64,000 bases of DNA, from positions 29,368-93,367 of IMG/VR virus record IMGVR_UViG_3300020118_000164; one strand, 5' to 3'. Made by a program: the position numbers and the translations under genes. The stretch comes from a virus. The notes beneath the pieces were generated by a model, which had not been told where the DNA came from, did not search any database, and worked only from the letters and a program-made list of their open reading frames with translations. Positions 27,012 to 36,600 of the stretch are shown piece by piece. How positions within the stretch are numbered: position 1 is the stretch's first letter; each line of letters begins with the position of its first letter.

Positions 27012-27725
27012 ATGATGCGACGCAACGTCATCTCTCTTGCCGTCTTGGGCGCGCTCCTCCTAACGCTCGGGCTCGGTGCGCAGGTCCCGCGCACGACGGA
27101 CTCTCTGCGCCGCGCCGATATCCAGCGCAGCTTTCTCAAATCAGCCGCATTCACCAGGACGATCACCGTCGCCCCGGACGGCCGCGGCGACTACTCGACG
27201 CTCGCCCTTGCCTACACCTACATCACCTCGCAGACGCACGACGCGACGCATCACTGGCAGGTCATCGTCTACCCGGACGCCACGATCACGTCGCCCGGCA
27301 CGCGGCCGACCTTCACCTCGGTCGAGGTGCTCGGCTCGGTCCCGTCCGGCATCACCAGCACGTTCACTTTCGCCCCGGCCGCAGGCGCCGCGAACGTGTC
27401 CGAAATCACGATCACGGCGACGGATGCGGCCGGGGCGACTGTCGCCTCGGTCCAGAACTATGACCTCTGGCTTTCCGATTCCGCGACGTGCGCCGGGTTG
27501 ACCGGCACGACCGCAACCGGCGCGGTCGCGGCGAAAGCGGCGTCTGGTGTCGATCTGGTCGTCTACACGGCCAAGAAGGCGCAGCGAGTTCAGACGCTCG
27601 CAACCGGGGTCTACGTCCTCAGCATCACGGACACCGCGAAGACGGGATTCTTCGTCTGCGCCGCGATTCCGTCGAGCGGCAAGGCTGTCTCCTCCGCGCA
27701 GCTCGTGGCCGGCAACTTCGGGTAA
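27012..27725 (+). CDS. Post-capsid (decoration-like) protein with signal peptide
   Basis: AGGAGG RBS; MMRRNVISLAVLGALLLTLGLGA signal; ITVAPDGRGDYSTL motif; Thr/Ala beta-rich. Confidence 0.65.
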   Translation: MMRRNVISLAVLGALLLTLGLGAQVPRTTDSLRRADIQRSFLKSAAFTRTITVAPDGRGDYSTLALAYTYITSQTHDATHHWQVIVYPDATITSPGTRPTFTSVEVLGSVPSGITSTFTFAPAAGAANVSEITITATDAAGATVASVQNYDLWLSDSATCAGLTGTTATGAVAAKAASGVDLVVYTAKKAQRVQTLATGVYVLSITDTAKTGFFVCAAIPSSGKAVSSAQLVAGNFG

Positions 27726-27737
27726 GGAGGTCTCCTG

Positions 27738-28061
27738 ATGCCCGTCGAGATCGAGAAGGTTGGACCGCAGGCGCCGCAGATCACGCCGCCAGCCGCGAGT
27801 ACGGATCTCGTGGGCCACTCGCGTGAGGTCTCGCCGCAGAGAGAGGTCAAGCGGCCTCACAAGATGACGGCGCTCCGCCGCATGATCGCGCCAGATACCA
27901 ATCGGCTCGTCGGCAAGGGATCGGCGTTCAATGCAAGCGATGTGGAGCGGCAGAGCTTCCTTGCTCACGGCAGCCTCGCCGAGGATGCCGTAGAGACCGG
28001 CAATAGCGTGACGCCTCCGCCGGCTACCCAGAAGAGCGCCGCGCCGCAGAAGGCCAAGTAA
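27738..28061 (+). CDS. Small head-associated hypothetical protein
   Basis: AGGAGG RBS; position after the capsid genes. Confidence 0.6.
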   Translation: MPVEIEKVGPQAPQITPPAASTDLVGHSREVSPQREVKRPHKMTALRRMIAPDTNRLVGKGSAFNASDVERQSFLAHGSLAEDAVETGNSVTPPPATQKSAAPQKAK

Positions 28062-28083
28062 GGGCCGAGGGAGATGCGCCATC

Positions 28084-28716
28084 GTGATCCCGCTCTCAGA
28101 GCTGAAGGCTTGGCTCACGATCACTGACAGCGGGAGTGATGACCTCCTGACGCAGCTAGAGGCCCGCATGGTCGCCAAGGTCGAGCAGTGGACCGGCGAC
28201 TACCTAGGACCCGTCGTCGCGTTCACCGAGATCCTCGACGGCGGCGGCCGCGACAGATTGTGGCTGCGGCAGAAGCCGATCGGCGCCCCTACCATCTCGC
28301 TCCGTACCTCTCCGGCGGATGACTGGATTGATCTGGCGCCGACGGATATCGAGGTAGATGGTCGGAAGGTCTACCGCAAAGGCAACAGCCTCTCCTCACC
28401 GCTCATGCTCGACAGCTACCACTACGGCTCGACCTTCGGTGTCCATGCATGGCCGCGCGGGTGCCGCAATGTACGCGCGGTCTATGAATCCGGATTCGCT
28501 GAGGGCGACGAGCCGCAGTTGGAGAAGGACGTCGTAATGGAGCTGGTGGCCCGCTCGTTCTTGGGCCGGAGTGCCGGCGGCGGTGGTGTCGCATCGAAGC
28601 GCTGGTCGGGTCCAGAGGGTAGTGCGGATAGCGGGAGCGCCGAGATCGTCTTCCGCCCCTACAAGGATCTCGCAAATCCACTCGACGTGATTCCGCGGCG
28701 TCCAGCGGTGGCCTAG
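28084..28716 (+). CDS. Head-tail connector (gp6-like)
   Basis: LSELKAWL.I..DDLL..VEQWTG; WPRG.RNVRAVYESGF. Confidence 0.75.
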   Translation: MIPLSELKAWLTITDSGSDDLLTQLEARMVAKVEQWTGDYLGPVVAFTEILDGGGRDRLWLRQKPIGAPTISLRTSPADDWIDLAPTDIEVDGRKVYRKGNSLSSPLMLDSYHYGSTFGVHAWPRGCRNVRAVYESGFAEGDEPQLEKDVVMELVARSFLGRSAGGGGVASKRWSGPEGSADSGSAEIVFRPYKDLANPLDVIPRRPAVA

Positions 28717-28718
28717 CC

Positions 28719-29651
28719 ATGGACCTCACTCTGCCTCTCGGCGCATCCGGTCTCACCCTGGCGGACATCGGCCTGCGCCTCTACTCGGGCGCGGTGCGTC
28801 AGACCTTGCCTGCGGGCGTGGCGCTGACGCCGCTTACGGGCGATGCGGTTGATTACGTTCTCTCCGGCCTGCCTGACACCGGCGACAATCTGATCGTCAC
28901 AGGGGAGTATCCCGCGGGCATCGGGTTTGAGCTGCACTGGAATGAGCGCTCCCCCGTGCCGCCGCGGGCCATCGTGCCGGTGCGAACGGGCGGCCTAGAT
29001 CTGGCCGGGCTGGGGGTCTCGGTGGCGCGTGATGGGATCAGCGTCACGGCCGGCATCACCGCGACCGAGCTCGGGACGGTAGAAGAGGCCGGAGACTACG
29101 CCGTGGCGGGCTGGCCGACGACCGCAAGGGCCGCCGCGCAGGAGTCTTGGACGGTGCGCGCCCGCATGGGCGGTACGTACTACGCTCGCACCTGGACAGT
29201 CCCGCGCTTCGGCTATGCCTCGGTGGACGACTTCCTGGCAAAGTTCAACGGAGCGAACTCCTTACGGCTCTCGACCGGCTACATGCCGGCCCCGAACCTC
29301 ACCGACGCAGAGGTGCGGGCAATCGTGCAAGATGCGCTCGACGCCGCCACGGCGCGCATGAACGCGGCGCTCTCGAATGCCCGCTATGCGGTGCCGGTGC
29401 TGGTCGAGTCCATCGCCGATCCCGCTGAGGCCATCCAGGTCGCGGCGGCGCTGCGATCAATCTGTATCGACGGCGCCGCGGCGCAATTGGCAATCGGCCT
29501 CTCCGATATCCCGGCGACGCTGACCGCGGCTGAGGCTCGATTCAACCTCTGGGCGCGCAGCTTGATCGGCGTCCTCGTGTTCGATGACTTCGGGAACCTG
29601 GTGCGCCGTGGCCAGACCGCGAGCCTGCCGGGCTTGGCGAGGGTGGCATGA
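28719..29651 (+). CDS. Ig-like repeats fused to a Mu gp36/DUF1320-like adaptor domain
   Basis: C-terminal YASVDDF..ALDAATARMNAAL..RYAVPV..LRSICID; two similar N-terminal repeats (GL.LA.(I/L)G...DY.(L/V).G.P). Confidence 0.6.
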   Translation: MDLTLPLGASGLTLADIGLRLYSGAVRQTLPAGVALTPLTGDAVDYVLSGLPDTGDNLIVTGEYPAGIGFELHWNERSPVPPRAIVPVRTGGLDLAGLGVSVARDGISVTAGITATELGTVEEAGDYAVAGWPTTARAAAQESWTVRARMGGTYYARTWTVPRFGYASVDDFLAKFNGANSLRLSTGYMPAPNLTDAEVRAIVQDALDAATARMNAALSNARYAVPVLVESIADPAEAIQVAAALRSICIDGAAAQLAIGLSDIPATLTAAEARFNLWARSLIGVLVFDDFGNLVRRGQTASLPGLARVA

Positions 29652-30076
29652 CCGCGGAAGACGCGTGCGACGTGGTAGCCGGCGAGCTGGTCGGCGGCTT
29701 TCGTGCGCTCCCCGTACTGCTCGACGACAACACGGACCCCGGCTTCATCCCGGACAGCGGCGGGGTGCGGCTCGTCCTCTCTTCGGGGAGCGAGGTGCCG
29801 TACGCGAGCTCTGGGGTCTATGAGGAGCCGCTCGTTTTCACTGCCGAGATCAGCACACTCAAGGGCTCGGGTCGGCGTCTCGCGCAGCGGCACGGCGAGA
29901 CCATCCGCGCGATCTTCCGCGGACGCACTCTCCTGGCCCCGAATCCAGGGGGCGGCCACCTTCTCACTACACGGACGCAGTCTGATTTCCTGGGCATCGT
30001 CAAGACCGCGACCGATGGCCGCGAGTTCTACAGGGTCAACGCCGTGCTCGTCTTCAAGAACCTGTCCTATCACTAG
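29648..30076 (+). CDS. Putative tail terminator
   Basis: Size, position, KGSG..LA...IRAIFRG pattern. Confidence 0.55.
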   Translation: MTAEDACDVVAGELVGGFRALPVLLDDNTDPGFIPDSGGVRLVLSSGSEVPYASSGVYEEPLVFTAEISTLKGSGRRLAQRHGETIRAIFRGRTLLAPNPGGGHLLTTRTQSDFLGIVKTATDGREFYRVNAVLVFKNLSYH

Positions 30077-30085
30077 GAGACCTCA

Positions 30086-30427
30086 ATGGACCCGCTCACC
30101 AAGAAAGGCAACGGCATCATTCAGCCCACCGCACCAACCGAGGAGCCGGCGCCGGTCGAGGAGGAGCTGGTCGAGATTGAGGCGCTCTACACCTCGCCGA
30201 TGCCGGAGCCGGTACGTACCGGCCTGCGGGTGTGGCGCCCCCGGAGCGAGGCGCTGCTCTACGTAGACCAGGGCAAGGCGAAGCTCGTCACGCCGGAGCA
30301 CGAGACGCCACCCGCGCCGCCCGAGAATCCCGCGCCTGAGCAGCCCGCCCCGTCCGGCGCCAACCACCCCTTGACCGGCGAGCCCGCGATCCTCTCCGGC
30401 CTGCCTGTGCATGAGGTCGAGCCGTAA
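30086..30427 (+). CDS. Pro/Glu-rich hypothetical protein
   Basis: GGAG RBS; within the morphogenesis operon. Confidence 0.55.
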   Translation: MDPLTKKGNGIIQPTAPTEEPAPVEEELVEIEALYTSPMPEPVRTGLRVWRPRSEALLYVDQGKAKLVTPEHETPPAPPENPAPEQPAPSGANHPLTGEPAILSGLPVHEVEP

Positions 30428-30436
30428 GGCACTCCT

Positions 30437-30850
30437 ATGGCCGGCGGCGACATGAACCTGAGCGAGTTCGCCACCTTCCTGGAGGATGACCTCCCGGTGG
30501 TCGGGATGAACGAGCCCGCGCGGGTTGTGGTCACGGACATAATGGATCGGCTCCAGGCGGGGCTGACCGGACCCGGCGGCGTGCCGGTGCTCTCGGGCAG
30601 ACTGCGCGCATCCGTATCCCCGTTCTCCGCCAAGGTTCCTGAAGGCGAAAGGGCGAGCCCGCCGGCCGGCGAGACGTCGCTCATCCAGAGCCACGCCGAG
30701 GTCGAGGCGGTCATGAAGGGCTGGCAGATCGGGGATGACTGCGGTGCGGTCACCAGCCTGCCCTACTCCTCGATCATCCTGGCGGACGGCCATTCACAGA
30801 AGTTCGACACCGGCCGACTCGACGTCATCATCGAAGAGGCAACGCGGTGA
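30437..30850 (+). CDS. HK97 gp10-like neck/tail completion protein
   Basis: PVLSGRLRAS, LPY...L.DGHSQ. Confidence 0.7.
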   Translation: MAGGDMNLSEFATFLEDDLPVVGMNEPARVVVTDIMDRLQAGLTGPGGVPVLSGRLRASVSPFSAKVPEGERASPPAGETSLIQSHAEVEAVMKGWQIGDDCGAVTSLPYSSIILADGHSQKFDTGRLDVIIEEATR

Positions 30851-31353
30851 GCTTCTATTTGCCCTCGCCCCCGCCCTTCATGGAACAAACGGCCAAGGAG
30901 CTGCCGCCGGGTACATGGCTCGCGTTCAATGGCCATGAGGCCAGAATCCAAGAGGCATGGAATGGCGAGAAGTTGATCCTCTGGTCGTTCGACCGATCGA
31001 CTGGCAGCGAGCGGGTGACGGAGATCGCTAGCGAAAGCCTTGGGCGGCTGGGTCCCGTCGCGACGATTGGGGGTGGCGCGGAATGGCGCATGAAGGTTCT
31101 GCCCGCCCTTACAGCCGGGCTTCTGGGGGCCGTGGTCGCCCGAAGCGTAGCGCCGCAAAGGGACGAGTGGAACGAGTTGAAGTGGCGCATTGAGCTAATA
31201 CATCGCGTTGCAATCCAGGACGGCAACGCACCGCCCCTTAACCTCCAAGAGGTTGACTCCGTCGCGGACTTGCTCAGCGATTGGTGGGTAGGGGTCGCGC
31301 CAGAATTGCGGCGCGATCCGCCGCCCCGCGATTTCGATAATCCAGGACTCTAG
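30847..31353 (+). CDS. Hypothetical protein
   Basis: GTGA coupling; weaker codon bias. Confidence 0.45.
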   Translation: MSFYLPSPPPFMEQTAKELPPGTWLAFNGHEARIQEAWNGEKLILWSFDRSTGSERVTEIASESLGRLGPVATIGGGAEWRMKVLPALTAGLLGAVVARSVAPQRDEWNELKWRIELIHRVAIQDGNAPPLNLQEVDSVADLLSDWWVGVAPELRRDPPPRDFDNPGL

Positions 31354-31362
31354 GAGACGCAC

Positions 31363-32583
31363 ATGACCAATCCGATCCCGACGACCCTCAGTGGGTACAC
31401 CGTGCGCTCCATCCGCGAGGTCACGCCCGGAACCACTCCGGCCGGCGCGATGCAGAGCCTTCCATTCAAGACCTTTACTCCCGCGGGCGGCGACGTGACG
31501 CGCACCAAGGCCGGCAACGTGAGCGGCTCGGGACAGGTGCCCGCCAACATCGCTACGGATCTCGTCACGCCCTCGGTCGCCGCCTCGTCGGATCTACTCC
31601 ACTCCCACTATAACCAGATGTGGGGTGAGGTGATGTGCGCCGACGCCGTGGCCGGTCCCGCCGCGGTGACCGGCACGAACATCTCGATCACATCCGGGAA
31701 CAAGCTCACTCTCGTCTCCGGCACCTGGCCGTTCCTGGTCGGCGACTACGTCTACGTGACCGGACCGTGGGTAAGCGGCAATCCGGTCAAGTTCATCTCG
31801 CGAGTTACGGCGAATGCGACCGTCAACCTGACGCTCGACACGGCCTATGGCACGCTCACCGCCGAGGCCAACCCCGGCACCGTCTCGGTGAGCTACGCCA
31901 GCCGGTTCCGGCTCGGGAACTCGTTGCTCACCGGCACCTACGAGATGTTCCACCCGACCGCCCTCACGGGGAGCGTGCTCACCTACCTATCGGCGTACGG
32001 CGTCACGGCGAAGTTCACGCACCCCGGCGCGCCGGATCTGACCTGGCAGTTCATGGGGCCGAACATCGCTGCGATCACGACGGCCCTAGCGAACACCACG
32101 ACCGCGGCGGCCGCGCAGTATCCGATGAATAGCAATATCGGCTTCGGGGCGAAGTTGCTAACGGGCGGCGGCGGCGGACTCTTCTACTCCGGCGCGCTGT
32201 ACCCGAACGTCAGGGTCCAGGAGCTGAGCGTTGCGATCACTCGACCCCGCAAGGTGTCCGGCGCCGCCGGCACGCTCGGGCCGCTCGTGGTCTTCGTGGA
32301 TGACCTGTTCGACATCAAGGTGTCCCTGAAGGTCTGCAACGACCACGCCGACGCCCGCGCGCTACTCACCGACTCGCGCAACCCGAACACCGTCGCTAGC
32401 CTCGGATGGGCCTGGCAGGCACCTGACGGGGCCTTGGAGTACTGGTATTTCGCCGGCCTCGACCCGAGCAAGGGCACGCCGGGACAGGGCGTCGCCCAGA
32501 CCGGAGAGGACATTTTCGAGTTCGAGTGGATGGCTCACGCGGACGCCACTCACACCATGTTCGAGCGCGTTTTGTTGACCTAA
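31363..32583 (+). CDS. Major tail tube protein with inserted beta domain
   Basis: REVTPGTTP N-terminus; position before chaperone and TMP. Confidence 0.8.
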   Translation: MTNPIPTTLSGYTVRSIREVTPGTTPAGAMQSLPFKTFTPAGGDVTRTKAGNVSGSGQVPANIATDLVTPSVAASSDLLHSHYNQMWGEVMCADAVAGPAAVTGTNISITSGNKLTLVSGTWPFLVGDYVYVTGPWVSGNPVKFISRVTANATVNLTLDTAYGTLTAEANPGTVSVSYASRFRLGNSLLTGTYEMFHPTALTGSVLTYLSAYGVTAKFTHPGAPDLTWQFMGPNIAAITTALANTTTAAAAQYPMNSNIGFGAKLLTGGGGGLFYSGALYPNVRVQELSVAITRPRKVSGAAGTLGPLVVFVDDLFDIKVSLKVCNDHADARALLTDSRNPNTVASLGWAWQAPDGALEYWYFAGLDPSKGTPGQGVAQTGEDIFEFEWMAHADATHTMFERVLLT

Positions 32584-32593
32584 CGGGAGATCT

Positions 32594-33169
32594 ATGGCAG
32601 TTAAGATTAAGGTCGAAAAGCAGTTCACGGAGATGCCGGTGGCTGGCGGCGGCGTGATCTTGGTACGCGCCGAGGGAGACGAACTCGCCCGCCTCACTGC
32701 CGCGAGATTCCAGGAACTCAAAGCCGCGCGGGGCATGAAGCCGGACGACCCGACTGCGTTCGATATCGTCATGGCGGTTGCGAATGAGACGGCGACGGCT
32801 GAGGGCCTGGCCACGCAGCTCATCGCGATGCCTGACTCTCCGTTCATCGCCAGCGACAAGGCGGCGCTGGCCGCGTTCGGAGTCGGCAAACTAGCCGCGC
32901 TCGCGACGAAGTACTCCGGCGTATCGATCGAGGAATGGCAGAAGGTAACATCAGAGTGCGCGATCGGCCAGAGCTTCGGCGGTTTCAGGAACTTCGTGGA
33001 TGAGGACGGCAATCCGGTGTCGGACAAGAATCCTGACGGCTCGCTGAATGTTGAGATGTGCACGGCGCTCTTGCAGCTCGACGAGGTGTTCGACGCCTAT
33101 ATGACCGGCAAGGGCCGCCTCAACCGCGCCCGGAATGAGCGCTGGGGTGGCGTGCAAAAAAACTCTTAA
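32594..33169 (+). CDS. Tail assembly chaperone (gpG-like)
   Basis: Ends in QKNS* at a slippery site. Confidence 0.75.
   Translation: MAVKIKVEKQFTEMPVAGGGVILVRAEGDELARLTAARFQELKAARGMKPDDPTAFDIVMAVANETATAEGLATQLIAMPDSPFIASDKAALAAFGVGKLAALATKYSGVSIEEWQKVTSECAIGQSFGGFRNFVDEDGNPVSDKNPDGSLNVEMCTALLQLDEVFDAYMTGKGRLNRARNERWGGVQKNS
33157..33163 (+). other. -1 programmed frameshift site A-AAA-AAC producing a gpGT-like fusion to 33618
   Basis: The -1 frame is open from 33163 and in frame with ORF 33271-33618. Confidence 0.85.
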
Positions 33170-33618
33170 GCGCCTTCCGCTGGTGGACGAAATGGGGAGG
33201 CGCTTACAAGTCTAAGCTGGCACGCGAAGAAGAGCGCGAGACTCTCTACCAACACGAAAAGCAACAGGCCATGGAACGCGCGAGTCGCACCGGAGAGGAT
33301 CTCGGCGCCCTCATGGTCAAGGTCGAGGCGGATCATGCTGGGCGGGCGCAGCCATGCTTTCTTGAGCCCGCTTACCGGGACTATTTAGACCATCGGTATC
33401 CTCCGTCGCTAGCAGGTGAGGTTTGGCTAGGCTACAACCGCCTCGCCGGTGACCGCACCATGATCGTCCTCCCGATGGGAGGCGTCGTGCCCGGACCGAT
33501 CCCATGGTTCAACGGTGAGGAGTTCTTCGACCGGAACGACGTGGACCCGGATGACCGCAACATTTGGCGCGACCTCTGGGCCGTCATGGACAGTATCCAG
33601 GCGGAGGCGCAGAAGTAG

Positions 33619-36600
33619 GTGAGCGGCGACACCGTCACCCGCACCGTCCGGGTCACCATCGACAGCAGCTCCGGCAAGGTAGCGATGTCGGACATGAAGA
33701 GCGGCGGCGATGCCGCCGCCGCCTCCATGCGTTCGCTGAGCACCGCAACCAATACCATTCAGGAGCAGTACCGCCGTCTCGCCTCCACTCTAGACCCGGT
33801 CATCGCGGGGCATATCAAGTATGAGAACGCGCAGCACACCCTCGCTGAGGCGCTGAATCGCGGGATCATCTCTCAGACGCAATACAACGCGCAGCTCGCC
33901 GCAGCCAAGAGCAAATTCGAGGATGCCGGACAGGCGGCTGGCGGATTCGCGGAGGCCCTGAGCGGCAAGATCAAGGACGCCCTCCTAGAGCTGGCGGCCA
34001 TGGCTGTTGGCTTCCTGACGGTTCAACAGGCCGTCGAGCAGCTCAAGCAATCCGTCGAGGACTTCGGCAAGTTCCAGGACAGCCTCCTCGCCATCGCAGC
34101 GAACACGGGGGCCGCCGCGGATCAGATGCGGCTGCTCTCGGACGCCTCTAAGGATATCGGCGCCAATACCAAGTTCGGGGCCGACCAGGCGGCGGACGGC
34201 CTCAAGGTCCTGACCAAGGCCGGTTTCTCGGTTTCTGATTCCATCGGCCAGCTCCCGCAGGTCGAACACCTCGCGATCATCGGCACCATCGGCCTCGCGG
34301 ATGCGGCCGACAACCTTGCGAAGACGCTGGAGCGCTTCAACCTTCCGGCGTCAGAGTCGCAGCATGTCGTCGATACTCTGGCCACGGTCGCAGCGCACAG
34401 CAGGGTATCGATAAGCGCCCTCGTGGACACGATGAAGATCGCAGGCCCCACCGCTGGCGCGATGGGTCTGCAATTCAACGACGTGGCCGCGACCCTTGGG
34501 GTCATGGCGAAAAACGATGCCGCCCTCCGGCAGATGGGCGGAGCCGTTGTCACCGCCCTATCGGCGCTTTCTATCGGTAGTAAGAAGGTCACCGACGACC
34601 TAGGGCGCCTCAATCTCAAGCTTGCCGATGTAAGCCCGCAGACGCACTCGTTGAGCCAGATCATCATCACTCTCGCGCGCGCGGGCCTAGACGCTACGAC
34701 AGCGTTCGATATTTTCGGTAAGCAGGCCGGGGGGGCGATCCTCAGTCTTACCTCGCACGTTCCGCAGCTCCTGGCAATGCAGGAGGCCATCAAGGGCGGC
34801 TCCGGCGCTGGCGAGCACATGGCCGCGATCATGGAGAGCGGCGTGCAGGGGTCGCTTGACCGCGCCGCGCAGGCCGCTAAGGAAGTCCGGCTAGAGATCG
34901 GCGAAGGCATGGCGCCGGCCATTCAGGTCGCGGCGGACGATTGGGCGCGGTTCGCTCGCGAGAGCCTAGCGGCGGGGAATGCGCTCGGCACAACGCTCGG
35001 CTCCGCGGTCGGGACGCTCTCCGATGTCCTCCTCCTGCTCGCCAGGAACATCGATCTAGTCAAGTCTGGGCTTGAGATATTCCTACTCTTGAAGGCGGCT
35101 GAGTGGGTCAACGGATTTGCAATATCCGTAACAGCGCTTATCGCGAAGCTAACGGCAGCAACCGTGGCAGAAGAGGCTGCCGCCGGCTCAACCGTCGCGA
35201 TCGGCGGCGCCCTCGTCTCGGTAACGGCCGAGACAGAATCCGCAACGTCGGCAACGCAAGGATTCCTTGCGATTGGCATCACCCCCCTGGCCGGCGGCCT
35301 GCTCGCCCTCGCGGGCGTCCTGCTCTACGCCAACGAGCAGGTCAAGAACTGGGGCGCGACGATGCAGGCCGAGACGGAGCGCATGGTCAAGAGCGTCAAT
35401 GACCATGCGCGCGTCATGACTGATCTGAAGACGAAATATGACGCCCTCACGAGCGCGACCAAGATTCAGGCCGAAGCTGAGAAGCAGATGGCGGCGGAGG
35501 GCGTCACGGCTGACTCCCCCCGCGGCAAGGCGATCCTACTGGAACAGCAGCTCGCGGCGCGGCGTGATCTAGCGTTCGCGATCCCGGACTATACGGCCAA
35601 GCTAACGGCGGCGCAGGAGAAGGAACAATCTGAGTCCAAGACCATTGCCGACCTCAATACGCAGCTCGCCAAGCGGAAGGAGTACATTTCCAGCGGGCGA
35701 GGATTGGTAGAATCGATCTATTTGCGGGGTGATGTCGGCAACATCGCGGCGGGCGGCGGAGATCCCGGAGTCAAGGCGCTTGATCAACAGATCGCGGAGC
35801 ATACCAACAGGCTTAAGGAGGCGCAGCAGGAGACGAAGCGACTTGCCGCGGAGACCGCCGGACTCGGTGAGGCGCTCAAGTCGCTCCCGGTGCCCAAGCC
35901 GGCCGCCCCGAATCCAATCATCCCGACGACGAAGGTCAACACAAGCGAGATCGACAAGGCCAACGCGGCGGTCCGGGCCTATGCAGAGGGGCTTTCTGAT
36001 CTGAACACGAAGGCGCGGACCGCATCGGACGGGCAGGAGAAACTCCTCGCCTCGCTCGGCGGCGGCATCATTGCCTACGAGACCGAGCAGCGTGCGCAGC
36101 AGCGGCAGGCGGCGATCGATGCGGAGACGCTCGCACTCACCAAGTTGCAGCGCGCCGAAATCGACAAATTAACAGACGCGCATGCCAAGCTGCTGCAACA
36201 GCACAAGTATGCCGATGCGGCGAACGTAGCTGCCAAGATCAAGACGGAGAGCGCGGCCTTCGACGAAGAGACGGCGAAGCTCACCGGGCTGGTCGCCAAG
36301 AAGGTGGATGACAAGCAGGCGACTGCGGATGGCCTGGCGATCCTGCAAGAGAATCTGCAGTTCTCGATCGCCAGCCGCGAGGCGGAAGCCGCGCTGGCAG
36401 ATGCCAAGGCGCAAAGCACGCAAGCATCCCGAGATCTATCTGTTCAGCTTGAGATCGAGGCGGCCTTCCGCAAGCAACTGCCGAAGACGCAGGAGGAGAA
36501 GGACGCCGCCGCCGCGCGGATCATCGGTGCGCGCACCTTCCTGGAATTCCTCAAGAGCACCACGGCCGAGGAGGATCGACGCCTAGCGGCCGAGAAGCAG

